This document shows positions 15,838-23,272 of a DNA stretch of 64,000 bases, piece after piece. The stretch is taken from positions 21,805-85,804 of the forward strand of contig JAZOLZ010000030.1 of assembly GCA_045653505.1 (NCBI GenBank), written 5' to 3'. The notes under the pieces are model-generated. The model worked only from the letters and a program-made list of their open reading frames with translations, was not told the DNA's origin and searched no databases. Every line of letters begins with the position of its first letter. Within the stretch, counting starts at the first letter, position 1. The translations under genes were made by a program, and so were the position numbers. This DNA is from Eubacteriales bacterium (GTDB taxonomy: Bacteria; Bacillota; Clostridia; Oscillospirales; CAG-272).

Positions 15838-18521
15838 TGGCAGTATCTGTTTCAAAAAATCTACTTAAAAATGGCAGCCAGTACACACGCACCTACCGTA
15901 ATATGGGCGGGGTTGATTTTAACGGTGATGGCAGTAATATCAGCAAGGAGCGTTTTGCCTACCTCAAAAATATGTATATAAACTACCGTACTGAGGGTAT
16001 GGGAGTTATAGAAAGTATACCCGGCTTTCGCATACTTGACAATTTTTTAAAAAGGATAAACGGCATCTTTTTGCAAAAGACAAAAAACGGCGATCATCTT
16101 ATAATCCACGCAGGTGAAAAAGTATACCGGAAGTCCATTGCCAATCTTGACATAGAGCGCGCTTATAATGAACTCGGCCAGATAGAGGACACCGAAAGCG
16201 TTGCCTTCCAAAACGGAGAAACCGTCTATCTTATGGACGGAAAAAGTTATGTGAAAATAGACAGCGAGGGCAACCTTACAAAAATTGCCGAGGGCAATGA
16301 TGATAGCGCATATATGCCAACACTTTACTATAACGGCAAGGAATATGAGGCTCGCAATATGCTCACCGATTACGGTATGGAGAGCTATAACCTTTACGAC
16401 ACAAACGATCTTGCGTTTGAAACCGAGGAGCTCATATACCAGATAGTGGACAAAAGCACTTATAAGTGCGCCGTAATCGGTCTAAAAGATGACTTTGAGG
16501 GAGACCTTTATATACCTGCAAAGCATAAAATAGGCGACGTTGAATACGACGTTGTAAGTATTGCCGCAATGGCGTTCGCAGAAAATCACAAAATAACTTC
16601 GGTAAGAATAGCAGAGGGTGTAAAGGAAATAGGCCCAACGGCATTTTACAACTGCATCTCTATTAAATCCGTAGTGCTGCCCGATAGCGTTGAAAGCATT
16701 TATCAGTCAGCATTTGGCGATTGCCGTTCTCTTGACGACCTGTGGCTTGGCGCAGGCCTATGTTATATGGATATATCTGCATTTAATATGTGTATAAGTC
16801 TTGAAGAATTCCACTATCCTCTCTCCGAAAAAAGCCTTGCTAAGGTTGATGACTACCATGCTCTTACAGAAGTCAGCAAATACATATGCGACAGTGCAAG
16901 AATGGACACGACACTTGAAATACCGATATTCTCAAAAACAAGCGAGATAATCGGGTTGACTATAGACGGTTTGGATTATGAATTTGAAAGTATATACGAA
17001 AACGGGCTTGTAAAGAGCCTCAGGGTATATGCAAAAAACGCACAGGACGTTATCGGCAAAAAAGCAATAGTAAAGCTGCGCCTTGAACCGCACTCCATAG
17101 ATGAAAACGGGACAAGCACCAAGGATGCAATAAAAGGCTGCACAATAGCCGAAAGCTTTGACGGGCGCATCTTTTTAAGCGGCAATAAAGACTATCCCAA
17201 TACGGTCTTTTACTCCCACTTTACAAAGGACGGTATGCACGATCCGAGTTACTTCCCTATCAATAATTATTTTAAGGACGGCTTTGGCAGTTTTCCTATC
17301 TGCGCTATGCTGAATGCGGGGGACTCCTTTGCAATATTTAAAAGCGAGGACGACGGCTCGGGCAGTATCTTTTATCACACGCCTACCTCTACAAACGATG
17401 ATATCGTAAGTAGGATATATCCCGTGTCCTATGTACACACAGGCTTTTCAAAAATAGGTAAGGCCATATCCTTTTACGATGATCCGCTCTTTATAAGTGA
17501 TGGGGGTGTTTTTGCCCTCGATAAAAAGAAAATATCATTGCAAAGAGCGGTGGTGTGCCGATCACACAACATCAATCCAAAACTCATTTTTGAGGATAAA
17601 AGTAAAATAAAGCTTACAAAATGGCAGGGATATCTTGTCTTAGCGGTAGAGGATAGAATTTATCTTGCAGACTCGCGCAAGACGTTTTTGCACAAAAACG
17701 GCAGTGTTGAATACGAGTGGTTTTACCTTGAAGATATCTGCACTTATCTGAATGATGAGACTGTCTTTAACTTTCTTGAAAATCCCGTCGCCGACTGCGA
17801 GGTATATGAAAATCCCGATAGCGAGGTAAAGGGGTACACGATATACTCAAGCACCGATGATACAGGCAAAATATACTTCTACGTTAATATTGACGGCAAA
17901 CGCTTTGGCGTATATAAAACCAATCTCAAAAGAGGCGGTGAAAAGAGTTATATAAGCGCGATATTTTCCGATACCGATAGGCTTATTTTCGGTACCGAGT
18001 GCGGCCATTTGTGTATATTTAACACAGACAAGGTCGGCGCTTTCCCAGCTTCACTTTCAGAAGAAGAGGGATTTGATGAAGAAGAGTTTAAAGCAGTTTA
18101 TAAGGACAGATTGCACCCTGAATTTTATACCTTTGCCCAGCATGTGCCGAGCTACTGCCTTGCCACGGCATTTGATGATTGCGATATCCCACATCTGACA
18201 AAAAGCACTCTTAAAAATTCTCTTGCAGTAAAGTTCAAGAGCCTTGGAGCAGCAAAGGTTTGCCTTAACGCCTATACCAACACCAGCGGCTACACCGAGC
18301 TTGCCGAGGCACCCGTAGGCTATATGGCCTTTGCGGGCGCAGACTTCTCTGCCTTTACTTTTGAGGAACTGGAGAGCTTTACTCTCTCATTTGGCGAAAG
18401 AGAGAAAAACTGGGTGGAAAAGCAGATAGCGATAAGTTCCTCTTATCCCTATTCTCCATTTGGAGTTTATTCAATAACTTATCTATATAACGTGCACGGA
18501 AAAATCAAGAATAACAAATAA
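15837..18521 (+). CDS. Large phage structural protein with an internal BspA-type LRR module (candidate tail or receptor-binding protein)
   Basis: 894 aa from ATG 15837, overlapping the previous stop (TGATG). Residues ~230-330 carry LRR units (ITSVRIAEGVKEIGPTAFYNCISIKSVVLPDSVESIYQSAFGDCRSL). The rest is beta-rich. Confidence 0.65.
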   Translation: MAVSVSKNLLKNGSQYTRTYRNMGGVDFNGDGSNISKERFAYLKNMYINYRTEGMGVIESIPGFRILDNFLKRINGIFLQKTKNGDHLIIHAGEKVYRKSIANLDIERAYNELGQIEDTESVAFQNGETVYLMDGKSYVKIDSEGNLTKIAEGNDDSAYMPTLYYNGKEYEARNMLTDYGMESYNLYDTNDLAFETEELIYQIVDKSTYKCAVIGLKDDFEGDLYIPAKHKIGDVEYDVVSIAAMAFAENHKITSVRIAEGVKEIGPTAFYNCISIKSVVLPDSVESIYQSAFGDCRSLDDLWLGAGLCYMDISAFNMCISLEEFHYPLSEKSLAKVDDYHALTEVSKYICDSARMDTTLEIPIFSKTSEIIGLTIDGLDYEFESIYENGLVKSLRVYAKNAQDVIGKKAIVKLRLEPHSIDENGTSTKDAIKGCTIAESFDGRIFLSGNKDYPNTVFYSHFTKDGMHDPSYFPINNYFKDGFGSFPICAMLNAGDSFAIFKSEDDGSGSIFYHTPTSTNDDIVSRIYPVSYVHTGFSKIGKAISFYDDPLFISDGGVFALDKKKISLQRAVVCRSHNINPKLIFEDKSKIKLTKWQGYLVLAVEDRIYLADSRKTFLHKNGSVEYEWFYLEDICTYLNDETVFNFLENPVADCEVYENPDSEVKGYTIYSSTDDTGKIYFYVNIDGKRFGVYKTNLKRGGEKSYISAIFSDTDRLIFGTECGHLCIFNTDKVGAFPASLSEEEGFDEEEFKAVYKDRLHPEFYTFAQHVPSYCLATAFDDCDIPHLTKSTLKNSLAVKFKSLGAAKVCLNAYTNTSGYTELAEAPVGYMAFAGADFSAFTFEELESFTLSFGEREKNWVEKQIAISSSYPYSPFGVYSITYLYNVHGKIKNNK

Positions 18522-18538
18522 GCAAGAAAGGACAAAGG

Positions 18539-19477
18539 ATGAATACAAAAAAAATTAGCGAAAGCGAAATTGCCGATCTCAAAGTATCCTCTCTGCCCAC
18601 AAGACCCACATCCTCGCGCGCAAACGGTGGAAGAGGATTCAGCGCAAGTGAAATGAAGGCGGCATTCGACAGCTTGCCCCTTTATATAATCAAAAGGCTT
18701 AATTCTCTTATCGAGGATATTGAGGGAGTGGGCGAGGGCTCACTTGCATCAAGTCTTAAAACAGGCATTGAAGACGGGCATACACTCAAGGATCTTTTTG
18801 ATGAAATCGGTAGCGGCAATCTCATCTATCGCCTGGGTTTTGAGGATGAGAGCCTGGGCTCATACGTGGCTAAACTTAAAAGCGAGTATGATGATATCAA
18901 GGAACAGATAGAGGAGTTAGCGTTAAAGCTCGAGTTCCCCGACACGCAGGTGCTTGATTTAGGCAAAGTAACCGACGTCGAGAGGCCATACGCCATCTGC
19001 GCCTACAGAGGCACACGTAAGGAATGGGAAAATTCAAACCTTGTGCTCGCGGACGGTGAAATAGCAACAGAAATAAACGACAACGGAACAGTACGCTTTA
19101 AGATAGGCGACGGCAAGCACGTTTATCCCGATCTCAAATATACAGACAGTATGGTGGTAGTCGGTCCTGAGGCTATGGGCGACTGGTTTTCTCTCACGGT
19201 TGAGAACGGTCTAGACATTCGCCTTGGAGAGGTAGAAGAAATTAATTTTTGCAGACCTTTAACAATCGATGAGAATTTCCACTGCAAGGTAAGTTTTGAG
19301 TGCGGAGAAAACGGCACACTCCTTATGTATGATTATATCGACTTCCATTTTACCGGTACGCACTGTACGGACGGTTATTTTGGAGCGCAGACCAATTATC
19401 ACTACACCGTTTATTTCTATAACGGTGGCAGAGTTGGACTTGAAGGAATAGTAAGAGGTTCAAGGACAGATGTATAG
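18539..19477 (+). CDS. Tail-fibre-like protein
   Basis: 312 aa. Contains the fibre/hyaluronidase-type motif RGTRKEWENSNLVLADGEIATEINDNGTVRFKIGDGKHVYPDLKY and an N-terminal LPTRPTS...SASEMKAAFDSLP segment common in Firmicute phage fibres. Confidence 0.65.
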   Translation: MNTKKISESEIADLKVSSLPTRPTSSRANGGRGFSASEMKAAFDSLPLYIIKRLNSLIEDIEGVGEGSLASSLKTGIEDGHTLKDLFDEIGSGNLIYRLGFEDESLGSYVAKLKSEYDDIKEQIEELALKLEFPDTQVLDLGKVTDVERPYAICAYRGTRKEWENSNLVLADGEIATEINDNGTVRFKIGDGKHVYPDLKYTDSMVVVGPEAMGDWFSLTVENGLDIRLGEVEEINFCRPLTIDENFHCKVSFECGENGTLLMYDYIDFHFTGTHCTDGYFGAQTNYHYTVYFYNGGRVGLEGIVRGSRTDV

Positions 19478-20627
19478 TACACATATTACCGAGGCGCTCT
19501 GCGCCACCGATGAAACCAGGACAGAAAAATCATCGCGCGTTCTTGAATTTACAGCCGATGCGCGCAGTGTTATCAAGGAGCTTTACATATCCACTTTGGC
19601 AAACGAAAACAAAGGGGTTGTTAGTGAACTGGGTGAAAAATGCGATGACGGTAAATACAGAATAACCATAAGAAAGCAAAACAGACGGATATGTGATGCA
19701 GAGGACCTTATGCTGTTTTTGAAGAAAAATGCACCCGAATTGCAAATAAAAATTGACAATAACAGCATTATCATCAAATCTGAGCAGGATACAAGCAAAT
19801 GCATAATAGGCGAAAACGATATACCCTTCAAGGAAAATACGGCCTATCTTATCACACTTAATACCGAGTGTAATAAAAGGTGTGAGTCGGGATATAATAC
19901 GCACTTTGTGATAACGTATAAAGACGGGATAAGTGAGGCACTCTTTAAAACCGAAAAGAGCAAAACATCCTCTTTGGAAATCTTTGAAAGCGACTTTAAC
20001 AAAAGCATCTCGGGCATTTATCTTACCCTTTTTAAGGATGAGTGCCTAAGTATTGATAAAGAGAGCTTTGGAATATACGCGCAGAGCATTGATTACGCCT
20101 TTAAGAAGTGCGAAAAGGCCGATGAGGTATGGCAGCTATATCTTAAGGAGCCGCTATATTCTATCTCTACACCCGAGTTTGGGGCAGAGGATATCTGTAT
20201 GGCAAGAAGCGGCAAAGTAAAAAGAAAAATAATCCGAAGCACTCTTACAAGCACTCCCACACTCTTAAAGAATAACGGCAAATACAAATTGTACTTTGTC
20301 CCCCTTGAGTGTGAGAGAGATGCAGATATTGCGGCGCACCTGTTCTGTGGTTTTACCCCGGTACTCAGCGTAGAGGAACTCGAGAACACCCCCCTTGCCT
20401 CTATGCTCTCCCCGGATTGTCACCATATCCTTATAAGCGCCAAAGAGGGTATGGACAAAGATAAACTCTCTGAGTATATTAAAGAGCACTCAGGTCATCT
20501 TGTTTACGCAAGGCGATTTGCCGTATATGAAGAATTCGAGAAACTCAAAGGTCTTTTGCTTGATGACTTTAACCGCATTTACATAGAGGGCTTGCCGACG
20601 GGCGCAAAAATAAAATGTGAATATTAA
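19470..20627 (+). CDS. Phage-cluster hypothetical protein (tail-module position)
   Basis: 385 aa. ATG overlaps the previous stop (ATGTATAG). No motif recognised. Confidence 0.6.
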   Translation: MYSTHITEALCATDETRTEKSSRVLEFTADARSVIKELYISTLANENKGVVSELGEKCDDGKYRITIRKQNRRICDAEDLMLFLKKNAPELQIKIDNNSIIIKSEQDTSKCIIGENDIPFKENTAYLITLNTECNKRCESGYNTHFVITYKDGISEALFKTEKSKTSSLEIFESDFNKSISGIYLTLFKDECLSIDKESFGIYAQSIDYAFKKCEKADEVWQLYLKEPLYSISTPEFGAEDICMARSGKVKRKIIRSTLTSTPTLLKNNGKYKLYFVPLECERDADIAAHLFCGFTPVLSVEELENTPLASMLSPDCHHILISAKEGMDKDKLSEYIKEHSGHLVYARRFAVYEEFEKLKGLLLDDFNRIYIEGLPTGAKIKCEY

Positions 20628-20637
20628 AGGAGTTAAT

Positions 20638-20889
20638 ATGTACGCAAAATTTATAAACGAAAACCGCGTTGAGCGCTTCAGCGCAAGGCATATAGTGCAG
20701 GATGGCAGGGTGTATAGTAACCCAAGGGAGGATATGCTTATAAGGTTTGGCATAAAGCCGCTTGTAGAAGAAGAACGTCCAACCCCCACTGATGGCGAAA
20801 TAATATATCCCGTTTACCGCGAGGAAGAGACAAGGATAGTAAAGAGTTATCGTGCCGTAAATCTTTTGAAAGGTGAAGAAAATGAGTAG
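20638..20889 (+). CDS. Phage-cluster small hypothetical protein
   Basis: ORF 20617..20889 trimmed to ATG 20638 after AAAGGAG. 83 aa (MYAKFINENRVERF...). Confidence 0.55.
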   Translation: MYAKFINENRVERFSARHIVQDGRVYSNPREDMLIRFGIKPLVEEERPTPTDGEIIYPVYREEETRIVKSYRAVNLLKGEENE

Positions 20890-21277
20890 TATTGTTTACA
20901 AAATAATCGAAAACAAGTCATTGCCCGAAAGCATTGCAAATGATAAAGATAAGTATATCGAGTTGATTTTACCCCAAAATACCGAAGGCGTAATAAAACT
21001 TGCGGGCATACATAAGACGCTAAGAGACGGAAAAATAAAGTTTCAAAAATCATTGCTTAACGAGGGTGTGCACACCCCCATACTTGTCACAAAAAACGTT
21101 CATTTGCCCCTCAACGGCTTCAAATATGAGCGCGGACTTTTGGTCTTTACTAAGCCAAAATACGAGGAGATATGGCAGATATGGGAGCGGTTAAAAACAC
21201 TTGAGGCAAACCTCAAAGAAAACGCGGAACTCATCAATAAAATAAAAACTAAGGTTTTTAGTGAAAAAATATTTTAA
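20882..21277 (+). CDS. Phage-cluster hypothetical protein
   Basis: ORF 20873..21277 trimmed to ATG 20882. Overlaps the previous stop. 131 aa. Confidence 0.55.
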   Translation: MSSIVYKIIENKSLPESIANDKDKYIELILPQNTEGVIKLAGIHKTLRDGKIKFQKSLLNEGVHTPILVTKNVHLPLNGFKYERGLLVFTKPKYEEIWQIWERLKTLEANLKENAELINKIKTKVFSEKIF

Positions 21278-21292
21278 GGAAGGAAAAAAGAG

Positions 21293-21982
21293 ATGAAAAA
21301 AATTTTAACGGTTATTTTTGTTCTTTGCCTTTGCCTTACCCTTACGGTAAGCGCTTATGCGTCGGATGCATCATATATGCAAAATCTTCAGAGCGAAAGC
21401 ACGGGCGCACTCAATAATACCGTAGATACGGATGAAACGGCAGACGGCGAAGTAGATAAATCAGCAGATGATACATCTTTAAGTGAGCCTAAGCCATATG
21501 AGATACTCAGTAAGGCTTATGATGTATTTATCTCAAACTCGGACAAGCTGTTCTCACTATTCTCCTTTATATGCTCGCTTGTACTTGCGTTTGTGTATAA
21601 AAAGGGACTTGTGCCTATGCTTGGCGGCGCGCTTAAGGGCGTTAGCGGCAAGGTGAACGAAATAGATGCCGCTACACGTCTTGGAATTGATAATACAAAG
21701 GCTGCCATAGATAAACTTTATGGCGATATTAACAATCTTGGCGAACTTACAAAAGATACGAAAGACACTGTGAAGAATTTTGAGGATACGCTTGTTAAGA
21801 TTGATAAATGGTCGGAGCAAAACGAAAAGACAAGGCTGGCTTTACTGATGCAAAGCGAGATGCTTAAGGCTATATTCCTCTCATCCTCCCTGCCCGAATA
21901 TCAGAAGGATGAAATATCAAAGAAAAGCCTTGAGATAGAAAAAATATTAAAGGATGACGTTAATGATGCAAAACAGGGTTAA
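21293..21982 (+). CDS. Phage-cluster secreted/membrane protein
   Basis: 229 aa. Signal peptide MKKILTVIFVLCLCLTLTVSAYA, one further TM segment (LFSLFSFICSLVLAFVY), coiled-coil C-terminus. RBS GGAAGGAAAAAAGAG. Confidence 0.6.
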   Translation: MKKILTVIFVLCLCLTLTVSAYASDASYMQNLQSESTGALNNTVDTDETADGEVDKSADDTSLSEPKPYEILSKAYDVFISNSDKLFSLFSFICSLVLAFVYKKGLVPMLGGALKGVSGKVNEIDAATRLGIDNTKAAIDKLYGDINNLGELTKDTKDTVKNFEDTLVKIDKWSEQNEKTRLALLMQSEMLKAIFLSSSLPEYQKDEISKKSLEIEKILKDDVNDAKQG

Positions 21983-22319
21983 GCACGTGCTTATAAACAC
22001 CTTTGCCCTCTTTGTGTCTGTCCTGCCGCCCATTATCGCAACGCTGAGTTACTTTTCTTTATGGAGTGACGCAAGGAGTTTAAGCGGCCTTTGCCTGATT
22101 TTACTTATCATATCGCTTGTCCCTCTTTTAAGAAGGATAAAGATAGAATTAAAAAGCGCATCGATGCCCGTTATCTGGGGATGCATTTTTGTAATCTTTT
22201 TGCTCTTCTCCTCAATTGCAAAAGAGATGTGCGTTATATCGCTTATCGGCTTTATATCAAACCTATTAGGCGCGATTTTATACCGTATAGCGAGGAGGTA
22301 CAAGGATAATGAGCAGTGA
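21954..22319 (+). CDS. Phage-cluster integral membrane protein (holin-like by size and position only)
   Basis: 121 aa with about 4 hydrophobic segments. Overlaps the previous gene. The start could also be 21963 or 21966. Confidence 0.5.
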   Translation: MTLMMQNRVKHVLINTFALFVSVLPPIIATLSYFSLWSDARSLSGLCLILLIISLVPLLRRIKIELKSASMPVIWGCIFVIFLLFSSIAKEMCVISLIGFISNLLGAILYRIARRYKDNEQ

Positions 22320-23139
22320 TTTTGAAAAAATGCTGCTTGATACCGATCTGACAGTAAAAAAGACGGTGGGAGCCCTGCTCAACAACATAGGCAAAACTAT
22401 AGCCATAATCACACTTACCGTAGCCACTCTCGTTACATTTACCGATATAAGTTTCGGTCAGTTTGGCAGCGAGAGCTTTACCGGCACTCTTATGATTATG
22501 ACGGTGTGCGCGACGGTATTATACTTCTCCCTCGAGGACGCCGGAGAGCGACTTGGAATGCAAGAGAACGAATACAAAAGGGCAAAAAATGACTACGAGG
22601 CGGCAAAGGAAAAAATAAAGGCCGATAACCTTGAATCCTTTAAGGAATATCTCAACGAGATTGCCCTGAGTACAAGAGGGTCACAGCAGAGTGAAATGCT
22701 GCTTGAACACGGCCTTAGCCAAAGCGATCTTGACAGTTATTTAAGAGGCGAAAACCCGGATAAAAAAAGAGCGGCTATACTTAAAAAGATAAGCCGGATA
22801 AAGGTAAAAAGTATAAACGTAATGGATATACTTTCTTCTGCCCACCAAAAACACACAGAGGGTTTTAAAAATCCCAAAGGCAGGCATTTTGTAAATCTTT
22901 GTTTAAAAATACTGCCATCTTTGCTATGTATGACAGTCACTGTGTCAATTATGCTTACGACAAAAGAGGATATGTCAGCGGCATCTGTGATAAGCGGAGT
23001 TATGAAGCTCTCGACACTGCCTATAATAGGCCTTCGAGGATATATCGCCGGGTATAATTTTGCCAAGGATGAGCTGAGCGCTTATCTTGAAAGCAAAAAA
23101 AGAATTATAGAGGGCTTTATATTAAGCACAAAGCAATAA
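22309..23139 (+). CDS. Phage-cluster membrane protein
   Basis: 276 aa. Two N-terminal and two C-terminal hydrophobic segments around a charged helical middle. Last gene before the terminator. Confidence 0.6.
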   Translation: MSSDFEKMLLDTDLTVKKTVGALLNNIGKTIAIITLTVATLVTFTDISFGQFGSESFTGTLMIMTVCATVLYFSLEDAGERLGMQENEYKRAKNDYEAAKEKIKADNLESFKEYLNEIALSTRGSQQSEMLLEHGLSQSDLDSYLRGENPDKKRAAILKKISRIKVKSINVMDILSSAHQKHTEGFKNPKGRHFVNLCLKILPSLLCMTVTVSIMLTTKEDMSAASVISGVMKLSTLPIIGLRGYIAGYNFAKDELSAYLESKKRIIEGFILSTKQ

Positions 23140-23156
23140 CAAGGTCACAGACCTTG

Positions 23157-23190
23157 GCGCGTCCTGCCACCCGGCAGGGCGCGTTTTTTT
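23157..23190 (+). terminator. Rho-independent terminator closing the phage-like cluster
   Basis: 11-bp GC-rich stem CGCGTCCTGCC/GGCAGGGCGCG (one G-U), loop ACCC, then TTTTTTT. Confidence 0.85.
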
Positions 23191-23272
23191 GTCACAGAGA
23201 GGTAAAATAAGCCGTTGACACAGCTAAGTAAAATATGTTAAAATATCTTGTAAGAAAAATGAGGAGGGGCGT

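Larger units (their letters stand above)
8250..23190 (+). mobile_element. Phage-like morphogenesis gene cluster (prophage remnant, satellite or GTA-like; no integrase or att found)
   Basis: 17 co-directional, tightly spaced or overlapping ORFs from terS to a strong terminator at 23157-23190. Recognisable terL, scaffold, capsid and tail-fibre motifs. Flanked by housekeeping genes. Confidence 0.65.

Noticed and set aside
18539-20627. A diversity-generating retroelement associated with the tail-fibre genes
   Set aside because: There is no reverse transcriptase gene, and I could not see any template/variable repeat pair anywhere in the cluster.
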